64,000 nucleotides of DNA, from NCBI RefSeq assembly GCF_004010195.1, contig NC_057720.1:27032611-27096610 (forward strand). The letters run 5' to 3'. The translations under genes and the position numbers were made by a program. The stretch is from Chiloscyllium plagiosum (Eukaryota). The notes under the pieces are model-generated. The model had not been told where the DNA came from and did not search any database. It saw nothing but the letters and a program-made list of their open reading frames with translations. Below, piece by piece: positions 11,838-24,125 of the stretch (the first letter of the stretch is position 1; every line of letters begins with the position of its first letter).

Positions 11838-13525
11838 AGGTGATTTTGTCACTAGACTATTAATCTAGAAACTCAGTTAAGGCTCTGGCGACTCAGATTT
11901 GAATCCCACCACGGCAGATATTGGAGTTTGAATTTAATATGGAAAACTCTGGAATTAAGAATCTACCGATGACCACAAAACCATTGCCAATTGTTGGAAA
12001 ACTCATCTGGTTCACAAATGTCCTTCAGGGAAGGAAATTTGCCATCCTCACCTGGTCTGGCCTACATATGACTCCAGACTCACAGCCATGTGGTTGACTC
12101 ACCTGCCCTCTGAAGTGGCCTAGCAAGCTACTCAGTTGCATCAATCACAACAAATTCTCATCAAAGAAATGAAACTGAATGTACTGCCAGGCATCAACAT
12201 AAACATCAGAAAAGACAAGAGCAGAAACAGCTCCATTAGCCCTACAAAGCCCTCCTTACCAATGTCTGGGGGCTCGTGTCAAAGTTGGGAGTGGGGTCTC
12301 ACAATCAACTCAAGCAACAAACTTACATAACCATACTTATGGAATCATACCTGACCGACAACATTCTAGACACTACCAAGACCATCTCTAGATGTGTCTC
12401 AAACCAGGACAAACCAAGCAGAGATGCTGGTACAGTCATATACGGTCAGGTTGGAGTTACCCTTGAGTCCTCAACATTGACTATGGACCCCATGACTTCT
12501 GCTGATTACCACAAACCATCATCACTCAGCTGATGAGTCAGTACTCCTCCATGTTAAACAGCACTTGGAGGAAGCACTGAGAGTGGCAAGGGCACAGAAT
12601 GTACTCTTGGGGGGAGATTTCAATGTCCACCACCAAGAGTGACTCAGCAGCAGCACTACTGATCGAGCTGGTTGGGTCCTAAAGAACAAAGCTGCTCAAC
12701 TGGGTCTCCAGCAGGTGGTGAGGGAATCAACTAGAGGGAAAAACATACTTGACCTCATCCTCACCAATCTGCCACTGCAGATGCATCGAACCACGACAGT
12801 ATCAGTAAAAGTGACCACCGCAACGTTCTTGTGGACTTGAAGTCCCATATTCAGATTGAGAATATCTTCCATCATGTTGTGTGGCACTATCACCAAGCAA
12901 AGTGGGACAGATTTTGAACAGATCTAGCAACTCAAGGCTGGGTATGCATGAGGGGCTGTGGGCCATCAACAGCAGCAAAATTGTACTCTAGCACAATCTG
13001 CAACCTTTTGGCCCAGTATACCACCCACCTGACTATGACCATCAAGCCAGAGGATCAACCACAGATCAATAGAGAGTGTAAGGAAGCATGCCATGAACAG
13101 CACCAAGCATACTTGAAAATGAGCTGTCAATCTGGTGAAGCTACCAAATAGGACCACTTGCATACCAAACAGCATAAGCAACAAATGAGAGACAGAGCTA
13201 AGTGATCCCACAACCATGTTAGATCAGATCTAAGCTCTGCAGTCCTGCCACATCTAGTTATGAACAGTGGAGGGCAATTGAACTTCTTGCTGGAGGAGGA
13301 GGCTCCACATATTGACGATCATTAAAGACAGAAGAACCCAACACTTCAGTGTAAAAGATAAGGGTGAAGTATTCACAGCAATCTTCAGCCAGGTATGCCA
13401 AGTGCATGATCCATCTCAGCCTCCTTCAGTGGTCCCCAGCATCACAGTCTTCAGCCATTTTAATCCACTCCACATGATACCGAGAAATGAGTGGAGGCAC
13501 TGAACAGTGCAAAGGCTATGGCTGT
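11838..13525 (+). mobile_element. LINE 5' portion: tRNA-like head plus AP-endonuclease coding region (degenerate)
   Basis: NVWGLVSKLG..ILMESYL, VLLGGDFNVHH and TRGKNILDLILTN endonuclease motifs, downstream of a SINE-like head. Confidence 0.8.
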
Positions 13526-14130
13526 ACAACGGCTGTTTTGTTTTGCTGTTCTTAGCCAGCTTCTCTCGAATTGAGGTAAAAAAAATTATGCATGTCTATT
13601 ATTGCTCAGAAAAAGTCCCAACAGTGATATACAGCAAAACACACAGTTATCATTGGAAATGCAGTTTCCAACATCCACAATGACTATTCCGTGATCCCTT
13701 TTTCAGAAACCACTCTCAGTATTTTTACAAAGCTTGAAACAAATCTCTTTTTCCACAATCCTTCAAAAATTAACTCCTCCAAGCAACAAGAAATATCAAG
13801 CATCTTTGCAACAATTGCTTGTGCAAGTATGCTGCGTATTTCAATAATTATAACATATTTTTGGTAGTTGTGAAATACTTTTCACCCTGGACTTGTGTGA
13901 AGCCAGCCTGAGATACAAACCTGAGGGCCAACTCATTCTGACTGATATCACCATATGCAATGTTACAGCAATAGTTGACTCTGGCAAGCAAACAATTAGT
14001 GATATTAATTGTGCATCTATGTGGAGCCAATCAGGAGTTCCTGAATATGTGTCTATTAAATGGTAAAAGCATAGTCACCAGATCTAGGAGGGAACATGTA
14101 TTTTTCTAAGTAACTGCACATGTCCAAAGC

Positions 14131-15690
14131 CATCTACAGCAAAGACAGAGGCCATTTTTTTCATCAAGTCTACGCTGGTTCTTCATAGAGCAATCCAGTT
14201 TATTCAATGCCCCATCCTATCCCCATACTCCTGCAAATTTACTTCCTTCAAATGCACACCCAATTTCCTTTTGAAATTATTGATTGTTTCCATTTTCCCT
14301 AACCTCCCCAAGTGAATTCCAGGTCATTAGCTTTCAGGACATAATGAGGTCTTCCTCACATTTCCCCAGATCTCTACCCAGGACCTTTAATCTGTGTTCC
14401 ATCATCCTTGTATCATCAACCATTGAGAACAGTTTTTCCTTGTTTAACTTATCTAAACCTAATCTGCCAATATTACATCTATCTTCAGTCTCCTCTATTC
14501 CGAGGAGAACAACTACAACTTTTGTAACTTAACTATGTAACTATTATCATTCAGTCCTGGAACCATTTTGTTAAGTCTGTACCTCTCTAGGATTCTCACA
14601 ACCTTTTTAAAATATGGTAACCAGAACAGAATGCAATGCCCTAAGTATGGTCTAACCAGGGTTTTATTAAGATTTAGCCTAACCTCTCTGGGTTTGCACT
14701 CAATCCTTCTATTTATGAAGCTCATGTTTTACTAACAATTGTCTCAATATGTCCTGCAACTTTCAAAGGTAAATGTACCTGTTGCTGTATCTGTACCATC
14801 CCCAACCCCAATCCCATCGCCATCGCCATTCCCATCTTCACCTGCCATTTGGTTCTTGTATCTATGCACACTCTTCAAAAATGTGTCATTACTTCTAACT
14901 TGCTTCTCCATATGTCTACTGCTAAAATGTATCATCTCACACTTCTCTGGAATAAATTTCACCTGTCTAATGTATACTACTGTAGTAATCTGTTTGTTGT
15001 TCTGCTGCAGTTGAATAATATAATCCTCACAGTTGTTCACTCCTGTGAGTTTAAATTCCATATGGTATTGCATATTCCAAATTCTAGATTATTTTGAGCA
15101 GGAACCTAACATTGACTGTTCCGGAATCTCACTGTCTAACATGATGCAATCTGAAAACAACCATTTCATATGAATCAGTGTTTTCTGTCCTTAAGCCAAC
15201 TTTTTGATCCAAGTTGACACTGATCCTCCAATTCCCAGATTCCCAATTTTGTAAACCCAATTCCCAATTTAATGTGATACTTTAGCAAACGCTTTATCAA
15301 AATTCATACAGACAACACAAATTTTGTTCCTTAAGCAACCTTCTCTGTTAGTTCATCAAAAAAATTCAATTAGATTAATCAAGCATGACCTGCCTTTACC
15401 AATTTTGTGCTGGCTCTCCTTAATTAAATCAAAGCTCTCTAAGTGCCTATTGACTTTTTTCCATGATTCTTGCTTCTAAAAACTGACTCACTTCTGATGT
15501 TAAACTGAGTGGCTTGTAGTTATTAGGAATGCCCTTCAACTCTTTTTTGAATAAGGACGTCACATTTTCCACTTTTCAATCCTCTGGCACCTCCTCAGAA
15601 TCGAGGGAAGATTGGAAGATTATGAAAAGCCATTCCATTATTTCCAATCCCATCTTCTTTACAGTCTGGGATGTAGTTTATCCATTCTCA
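14131..15690 (-). mobile_element. Old CR1 LINE fragment (RT to 3' end)
   Basis: KTLVRPYLGHCILFWLPYF, KFIPEKCEMIHF and decayed DKAFAKVSH motifs; internal (CCCATC)n-like microsatellite near 14796-14836. Confidence 0.8.
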
Positions 15691-15906
15691 GAGTAGCCAG
15701 CTATTCCAGTGACTGCAGTTTGTACCCCATCCATTACCTCTACCATCTCCATCTTTACCAATACTTTGTCACATTCCTTTTACTTAGTAAGCACTCAGCA
15801 AAGTATTCATTGGAGACTTGCCATATTCCTTAAGCAAATCTGGCATTTTGTTCATATGAAGTCCTACCCTAGCTCTTCCTTTCCATTCACTGTTTATATG
15901 CAAATA

Positions 15907-16055
15907 GTTAAAAATCACACAACACCAGTAATATCCAACAGGTTTATGTGGAAGTACTTCCTAGTGCTTCCAAATAAACCTGTTGGATGGTAACCTGGTG
16001 TTGTGTGATTTTTTAACTTTGTCCACCCCAGTCCAACCCTGGCACCTCCACATGA
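15907..16055. mobile_element. Fold-back Penelope-like tail (family B), ribozyme part missing
   Basis: Inverted arms meet near 15960; TSD tatatgcaaata at 15895-15906 and 16056-16067. Confidence 0.8.
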
Positions 16056-16298
16056 TATATGCAAATAAACGTTTGGGTTCCTTTCTTTGATGACTGCCAC
16101 TCTATTTAATCTCGTTGCCAGTTTTATTTTCCTCTCTACTTCCCTTTCTACCCCGACATTCATTCAGTATTCGCCTGACTTGTATTATGCGCTTCTTTTG
16201 TTATTTCACCACTATCCCTGTCATCAACAAATGAGCTTTGATTTTGGTTCCCCTACCTTTTGTGCTTGTTGGAATATACCTAATGCTTCGCCTCCTTA

Positions 16299-16612
16299 TT
16301 AGATAAGATTACTTACAGTGTGGAAACAGGCCCTTCAGCCCAACAAGTCCACACCAACCCACCGAAGAGCAACCCACCCAGACCCATTCCCCTACATTTA
16401 CCCCTGCCCCTAACACTATGGGCAATTTAGCATGGCCAATTCACCTAACCTGCACATTTTTGGACTGTGGGAGGAAACCGGAGCACCCGGAGGAAACCCC
16501 CACAGACACGGGGAGAATGTGCAAACTCCACACAGTCGCCTGAGGTGGGAATTGAACCCGGTCTCTGGCACTGTGAGGCAGCAGTGCTAACCACTGTGCC
16601 ACGGTGCTGCCC
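16299..16612 (-). mobile_element. HE1-type SINE
   Basis: Closely similar to 4426-4730. Confidence 0.9.
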
Positions 16613-16938
16613 AAATAAATGGCACATTTTCCCTGTAGTATTTGGTTCCATTTTACCTTGGCTAGTTCTCTTCTTATTCCTTTGAAATTAGTTGTCTTCT
16701 AATTTAAACATTCTATTTTAGATTATCGCTTGAGTGCCTATATTACTCAGCTTGACATTATGACATGATAACACTTACTCATGTGTTCCTGCCCTGATGT
16801 TTGGTCTAGTTGGTCTCAACACCCAATACTAGATCCAGCAATGACTCATTTTTGATTGGACTGAAAACATCGTCCTTATGGAAGTTCTCCTGATTGCATT
16901 TCATAAACGTCTCCCACGACCAATCCTCTCCTAATGTA

Positions 16939-17180
16939 ATCATAGAGTCATAGAGTCATGGAGATGTACAGCACGGAAACAGATCTTTCGGTCTATGCCG
17001 ACCAGATATCCCAACTCAATCTAGTTCCACCTGCTAGCACCCAGCCCATATCCCTCCAAACCCTTCTCGATGTCTTTTAAATGTTGCAATTGTACCAGCC
17101 TCCACCACGTCCTCTGGCAGCTCATTCTATACACAAACCACTCTCTGCGTGAAAACATTGTCCCTTAGCTCTCTTTTAAA
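16939..17180 (-). mobile_element. HER1/CR1 LINE 3' end
   Basis: (catagagt)n tail; matches 31394-31650. Confidence 0.85.
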
Positions 17181-17776
17181 TTTGATGGTTTATAATTAAT
17201 TTCTCTTCCACAAAACTATCTTATTTCTGCCTCCTGGCATTGTGATCTCCTAAGTTATAACTCCCTCAATTATGGATTCTAACACATGCACCAAGGTAGA
17301 TGTTAGGATAATTGGTCGAGAGATTCCTGCTTTCTGCCTCCCTCCTTTCTTAAGTGATGCTGTTACGCTTGCTGTTTTACAATCCACTAGAATGCATCAG
17401 CTATCTGAGCTGTCCTTCTTCAAACACCCCGGTTACAGAAAATCCAGTCCAGGCGTAACGTTCCACACAAATAAGTTGTATTCTTTACGTACACCACTGG
17501 AACACCAAGTCAACATCATCAAACCATAAATTCACACCACTCACAACCATCCAATAGTTGTCACGGAGATGCAAAAAACTTCTGCAGAGAACTTGATTTT
17601 CTGCAATACTTTATATTTCAAAACCATAATGGGCCTTAACTCTTTTCTTTTGACATTAAAAGCTCATATCACTATGAATCTTATCTTCTCAAATCTTTTG
17701 GTTTTCACAAGAGCTGCTTTCATAGTTTCCATTTCATACTTCATTGCTGGGCATATTGAAATTTATATTGAAGTCC

Positions 17777-17880
17777 AGCTCTGAAGAACAGTCATACTAG
17801 GCCCCCAAAACATTGACTCTGTTTCTCTCTCCACAGATGCTGACAGACCTGCTGAGTTTCTCCAGTATTCACTGTGTTTA
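17777..17880 (+). mobile_element. Old Penelope-like tail (family D) with decayed hammerhead
   Basis: ctgaagaa..aaaacattgactc followed by ccacagatgctgacagacctgctgagtttctccag. Confidence 0.65.
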
Positions 17881-17905
17881 TTGAATATTGACATTCATTT
17901 CAGCT

Positions 17906-18562
17906 GCTTAGGTCTCTTTCTCCACCAACCCTAAACCTATGCCCTCTAGTTCTGGACTCCTCCACCCCAGGAAAAAAACTTTGTCTATTTATCCTATCCA
18001 TGCCCCTCATAACTTTATAAACCTCTATATGGTCATCCCTCAGCCTCTGATGCTCCAGCCTATTCAGCCTCTCCCTATAGTTCCACGCAATATTCCAACA
18101 GTGGCCTAACCAATGTCCTGTACAGCCACAACATGACCTCCCAACTCCTGTACTCAATACTCTGACCAATAAAAGAAAACAGACCAAACACCTTCTTCGC
18201 TATCCTATCTAACTGCGACTCTACTTTCAAGGAACTATGAACCTGCACTCCAAGGTCTCTTTGTTCAGCAACACTCCCTAAGACTTTACCATTAAGTCCT
18301 GCTAAGATTTGCTTTCCCAAAATGCAGCACCTTGCATTTATCTAAATTAAACTCCATCTGCCACTCTTCAGCCCATTGGCCCATCGGATCAAGATCCCGT
18401 TGTAATCTGAGGTAACCTTCTTCGGTGTCCACTTCACATCCAATTTTGTTGTCATCTTCAAACTTACTAACTATACCTCTTATGCTCACATCCAAATCAT
18501 TTATATAAATGATGAAAAGTAGAGGACCCAGCACCGATCCTTGTGGCACTCCCCTGGCCTCC
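17906..18562 (-). mobile_element. HER1/CR1 LINE RT fragment
   Basis: GVPQGSVLGPLLFIIYINDLD..SKFEDDNK and LYRTLVRPLLEYC. Confidence 0.92.
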
Positions 18563-18808
18563 AATCAATAAAAATCTGGGATTAAGAGTCTAATGGTGAC
18601 CAGGAAATTGTTGCTAATTATGATGGAAAAACCATAAAGTTTCCTAATGTCCTCAAAGGAAGGAAATCTGCCATTCTTACCCAGTCTAGCCTACATGTGA
18701 CTTCAGACCCAATGCAATGTGGTTGACTCTCAACTGCCCTTTGGGCAATTAGGGATGGGCAATAAATAATGGCCTGGCCAGAGACATCCATGTCCCATGA
18801 ATGAATTT
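18563..18808 (+). mobile_element. Short derivative of the tRNA-headed LINE (5' UTR part plus 3' tail)
   Basis: Matches 11935-12110, then jumps to gggcaattagggatgggcaataaat..catgaatgaat. Confidence 0.75.
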
Positions 18809-19661
18809 AACTTAACACTATCCCAATTGTTATTTACGCAATTATCACTCTTTTTCATAGAGTCATCTTTATGTAATTATCGCCCCAATTTTCCCTTTTA
18901 AACTTTCTTTCCTGAATACTTTAGATCCTTGAATATTGTGTCCAGCCATCGTCATATTTAGTATCTACCTTCACTGGACATGACCGTCTCAGTTTCTGGA
19001 AGCCCTTCTCTTCAAAAGGTCAAGGATCCTGAGACTCTGCCTGCACATCCTGGATCATACCTCCTTCTACCTCCTTTCCTCTGCTGTCCCCTCTCTGTTG
19101 ACCACTCCAGGTTTCTACACCATAGGCTTTTGTTGTTATGATGACCAAAAGACCATAACATTGAGGAACATTTGGTTCATCTGCTCTGCCACAAAATGAA
19201 TAATCTGATAATCTTTAATTCCATTTATCCCCATAACCTTTGATTCCTTTCCCGAGTAAAGATCTATCTCAGCTTTGAATATGCTTAATGACACAGTCTG
19301 TGCAATTGAATAAAGAATTCCACATATTCATTACCCTCTAAGAGAAGAATTTACTCCTTATCTCTGTTTTAACTGGGTGACCCCTTACTCTGAGATTATG
19401 CCCTCTGGTTCTAGACTTTCCCACAAAGGTAGAAAAAACTCTCAGCGTCTACCCTCTCAAGATCCCTAAGAATCTGAAATGTTTCAATAAAGTTGTCTCT
19501 CATTCTTCTAAACTCCATTGAGTTCAGCCCAACCTACTGAACTTCTCCTCATCATACATAAAAATCAACCTAGTGTACTGTCTCTGGGCTGCCTTTAATG
19601 CCAAAAGAGAAAATGCTAGAAAATCTCAGCAGGTCTGACAGCATCTGTAAGGAGAGAAAAG

Positions 19662-19702
19662 CGCTGACATGTTTCGAGTCTAAATGACCCTTTGTCAAAG
19701 CT
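19662..19702 (-). ncRNA. Hammerhead-like motif, U3-A8 variant
   Basis: Reverse complement agct-ttgacaa-a-gggtc(attta)gactc-gaaacatgtc-agc. Confidence 0.55.
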
Positions 19703-19920
19703 AAAAACAAAGGGAGAAATAGGGAGGTATTTTACTAGGCTGAGAGAAGCTGAGTTGTGGCTCCAGAAGCAAAGGTGAAGTCATTCACAGCTCCTAATCT
19801 CCCTATAATCGCTCTATGCACTGTCATTATCACCTCTTTATTGCTACCTTTGCTTCTGGAGCCACGACTCACCTTCTCTCAGCCTGGTATAAATACCTCA
19901 CTATTTCTCCCTTTTTTTTT

Positions 19921-19961
19921 AGCTTTGACAAAGGGTCATTTAGACTCGAAACATGTCAGCT
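19921..19961 (+). ncRNA. Hammerhead-like motif, U3-A8 variant
   Basis: AGCT-TTGACAA-A-GGGTC(ATTTA)GACTC-GAAA-CATGTC-AGCT; stems I, II and III can all form. Confidence 0.6.
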
Positions 19962-20189
19962 TTTTTCTCTCCTTACAGATGCCGTCAGACCTGCTGAGAT
20001 TTTCCAGCATTTTCTCTTTTGGTTTCAGATTCCAGCATCCGCAGTAATTTGCTTTTATGCCTTTAATGCCAATGTACTTTTCCTTTGATTAAGGAGCAAA
20101 ACTGTTCACTATACATTAAGTGTGGTCTAAACTGTACCCTGTATAGTTTTAACAAGGTTTCCCCATTTTTCTATGACATTCCCTTTGAC

Positions 20190-20465
20190 AATAGACAATA
20201 GGTGCAGGAGTAGGCCATTCTGCCCTTTGAGCCAGAACCACCATTCATTATGTTCATGGCTGATCATCCTCAATCAGTATCCTGTTCCTGCCTTATCCCC
20301 ATAACCCTTGATTCCACTATCCTTAAGAGCTCTACCCAACTCTTTCTTGCAAGTATCCAGAGACTTGGCCTCCACAGCCTTCTGGGGCAGAGCATTCCAT
20401 ACACCCACCACTCTCTGGGTGAAGAAGTTTCTCCTCAATTCTGTTCTAAGTGGCCTACCCCTTAT
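20190..20465 (-). mobile_element. CR1 LINE 3' end nested in the older CR1
   Basis: caatagacaatag tail; ccaccactctctgggtgaagaagtttctcctc (RRNFFTQRVV on minus). Confidence 0.8.
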
Positions 20466-21116
20466 TTGAGATAAAGGCTAGCATGCCATTTGCCTTCCCT
20501 ATTCCTTGCTAAAATTATCTGTGAGCCTTTTGTAATTTGTGCACAAGGAGCCCCAACATCGAGGGCCGAAGGGCCTGTACTGCGCTGTATTCTTCTATCT
20601 ATCTATCTATCAAATCCCTCCAAGTTGCAGTTTTCTACAGTCTTTCTACATTGAAATAAAATTTAGTTGCTCTATTCTTCCTGCCAAAGTTCATCAATTC
20701 ACATTTTCACTCATGCAATATTTTCCATCTGCCAGGTTTTTTTGCTCACTCACTTAACCTGCCCTTATAGATGTTCTATAGATGCTTCATGGCATCTATA
20801 GATGCTTCATGGCATCCTTGCCATTTGCTTTCCCATCTATTTTTGTGTCACATTGTACATTCACTTCCTACATCCAATTCATTTGTGTATATTGTAAATT
20901 ATTGTGCACAAAACCCTTTGGCATTCCCCTAGTTACAGATTGCCACCCTGAAAATGCTCCCGTTATCCCAATTCTCTATCTTCTGTTAGTTTAGTCAATC
21001 TGCTGTCCATGCTGATATATCACCACCAACACCATGGACTCTCATCAAGTAACCCTCTGTGTGATACCTTATCAAATGCCTTGGAAAGTTCAAATATATT
21101 ATATCTAATGCAGAAG

Positions 21117-21235
21117 AAGGACTTATGCCCGAAACGTCGATTCTCCTGTTCCTTGGATGCTGCCTGACCTGCTGCACTTTTCCAGGCAACACATTTTCAG
21201 CTCTGATCTCCAGCATTTGCAGCCCTCACTTTCCC
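21117..21235 (+). mobile_element. Short Penelope-like tail (family A) truncated inside the hammerhead core
   Basis: TSD atctaatgcagaag at 21103-21116 and 21236-21249. Confidence 0.85.
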
Positions 21236-21249
21236 ATCTAATGCAGAAG

Positions 21250-22446
21250 GCCTTGGACAGACTAGCTGGGCGAGTAAACAAGTGGCGATGGGATGCAATG
21301 TGGGGGTATATGAGATTATGCATTTTGGTCAGAAGATTTAAAGTATACACCATTTTCTAAAAGGAGAAAAGCTTCAGAAATCAGAAGCACAAAGAGACTT
21401 GGGAGTCCTATTTCAGGATTCTCTTAAAATTAATGCAGGTTCAGTTGGCAGTTAGGAAGGCAAATGTAATGCTAGCATTCATTTTGAGAGGGCTGGAGTA
21501 TAGGATCAGAGATAAACTACTGAAGCTATGTAAAGCTCTGGTCAGACTGCATGTAAAATATTGTGAGCAGTTTTGGACCCCATATCTAAGGAAAGATACT
21601 GATGGCATGGTGACTCAATGGTTAGCACTGCTGCCTCACAGTGCCAAGGACCCAGGTTCAACTCCAGCCTCGGGCGACTATCTGTGTAGAGTTTGCACAT
21701 TCTCCCTGTTTCTGCGTGGGCCGCCTCTGTGTGCTCCGATTTCCTCCCAAAATCCAAAGATGTGCAGGTTAGGTGAATTGGCCATGCTAAATTGCCCATA
21801 GTGTCAGGGATATGTAGGTTATGCGCATTAGTTAGGGGTAAATGTAGAGAAATAGGGTAATGGGTCTGCGTGGGATACTCTTTGGAGGGTCAGTGTGGAC
21901 TTGTTGAACTGAAGGGCCTGTTTCCATGCTGTGGGGATTCTATGATGATACGCTAGCATTGGAAGGGTTCCAGAGGAAGTTTACAAGTATGATCCTGGGA
22001 ATAAAGGGCTTGTCATTTGACATTCAGTTGAGGACTCTACTCAACGGAGTTTAGGAGGATAAAGGGAAAATTCTTGAAATTTACAGAATACTGAGAGGCC
22101 TGCATAGATTGGAAATGAAGAAGATATTTCCACTAGTTGGAGGGACCAGGACCTGAAGGCACTGCCACATTGTAAAAAAATGACCCTTTAGAACTGAGAT
22201 GAGAAGGAATTTCTTCAGCTAGAGGGTGGTAAATCTGTAGGACTCATTGCCACAGTGGACTGTGGAGGCCAAGTCATTTTGTAGATTTAAGAGAGAGATA
22301 AATAGGTTCTTGATTATTAAGGTGATCAAGAGTTATGGGAAGAAGTCAGCAGAATGAGGTTAAGAAACATATCAGCTATGATCAAATGGTGGAGTAGACT
22401 CGTGGGCTGAATGGCCTAATTCTCCTCCTATATCTTATGGTCTTAT
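21250..22446 (+). mobile_element. CR1 LINE 3' portion
   Basis: QVQLAVRKANVMLAFILRGLEYR..CEQFWTPYLRKD; tail tcttatggtcttat. Confidence 0.85.
21601..21946 (+). mobile_element. HE1-type SINE nested in CR1
   Basis: ggttagcactgctgcctcacagtgccaaggacccaggttcaa head; splits the LINE at YLRKD. Confidence 0.88.
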
Positions 22447-22984
22447 TTGTCAGGCGTGATTTCCCCTTCTTGAAGCCATACTGACTCTTTTTATTTCTAT
22501 TTTGTATTTCTAAATGTTCTGCTTGTAATGAAGTTTAATGTTTTCCCAATGACAGATGTTGCACTAACCAACCTATAGTAATTTAATTTTGTCTCCTTCC
22601 CTTCTTGAATAAAGGTATTATATGAATAGTTTTCAATAGTTTGGGATTTTTCCAGAATCGAAGCATTATTGGAAGCTTATTTCCTTTAATATCTGAGGAT
22701 GTATCCAAGGTTTAGGACACTTATTGCTTTTTAGCCCCATTAGTTTCCGACACAATTTTTCTCTCATGACAGTTATTGCATGTATTTCCTCTCCTGATTT
22801 TATCTCTTAATTATTTGATATTTTTGGAATGTTATTACAGTCCCCTACTTTGATGACTGATATATTTATTCAATTCCTCTATCATTTCCTCATTCCTCAT
22901 TCTTACTTATACAGCTTCATTCTCTAAGGGATCAACATTCATCTTCATAGAGTCAGAATCATACACCACGGAAGAGGCCTTTCA

Positions 22985-24125
22985 AAAAATGAATCACTTC
23001 ATACTTTTCCAGGTTGAACTCCATCTGCCACTTATCAGCCCAGTCCTGAATCCTGTCAATGTCCCATTGCAACCTACAACAGCCCTCCACACTATCCACC
23101 ACTCCACCAACCATGGTGTCCTCGGCAAACTTACTCACCCACCCTTCTACTTCCTCATCCAAGTCATTTATAAAAATCACAAAGAGCAGAGGTCCCTGAA
23201 CAGATCCCTGCAGAACACCACTGTCATCGAGCTCCAGGCCGAACAGTTTCCAACTATTACCACTCTATGCCTTCTATGGGCCAGCTTATTCTGTATCCAG
23301 ACAACCAAGTTTCCCTGTATCCCATGCCTCCTTACTTTCTGAATGACCCAACCAAGGGGAACTTGAAAACAGATGTTGAATTTGAATGAAGATCAAAGGG
23401 TTAAAGGCAGGATTCTTGGCAGTGTAGAGGAACAGAGGGATCTTGTGGTCTACATCCATAGATCCCACAAATTTGCCACCCAAGTTGATAGGGTTGTTAG
23501 CAAGGCATACGGTGTGTTGGCTTTCATTAGCAGGGGGATTGAGTTGAAGAGCCACGAGGTTATTATGCATTATAGAATCCTGGTTAGACCACGCTTGGAT
23601 AATGTGTTCAGTTCTGGTTGCCTCTTTATAGGAAGGATGTGGAAGTTTTAGAGAAGGTGCAGAGGAGATTTACCAGGATGCTGCATGGACTGGAGGGGCA
23701 TGTCTTATGAAGAAAGGTTAAGGGAGCTAGGGCTTTTCTCATTGCAGCAAAGAAGGCTGAGAGGTGACTTGATAGAGGTGTAAAAATGATAAGAGGCATA
23801 GATAGAGTGGATAGTCAGACACTTTTCCCCAGGGTAGAAGTGGCTATCAGAAGGGGGCATAATTTTAAGGTGATTGGAGGAAGGTTTAGGGGAGATGTCT
23901 AAGGTCAGTTCTTTACAGAGATATTGGTGGGTGCGTGGATAGCACTGCCAGCAGTGGTAGTAGAATCAGATACATTAGGGACATATGAACGACTCTTGGA
24001 TAGGCATCTGGATGATAGTAAAATGTAGGGAATGTAGGTTAGTTTAATCTTAAAGAAGGACAAAATGTCGGCACAACATCCAGTGCCAAAAGGTCTGTAC
24101 TGTACTGTTCTATGTTCTAAGTTAT
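22985..24125 (+). mobile_element. CR1 LINE insertion with inverted 5' segment
   Basis: 22985-23360 on minus (FINDLDEEVEGWVSKFAEDT..EVIHF); 23370-24117 on plus continues (LNLN..LGSVEEQRDL) to the tail; TSD aagaggcc(t/c)ttca at 22972-22984 and 24126-24138. Confidence 0.8.

Larger units (their letters stand above)
19605..20057. mobile_element. Fold-back Penelope-like tail insertion (family C)
   Basis: Inverted arms of about 175 bp at 19601-19776 and 19846-20022; TSD tgcctttaatgccaa at 19590-19604 and 20058-20072. Confidence 0.85.

Noticed and set aside
20771..20816. 20-bp direct duplication ctatagatgcttcatggcat
   Set aside because: Local slippage inside a decayed LINE; no sign of function
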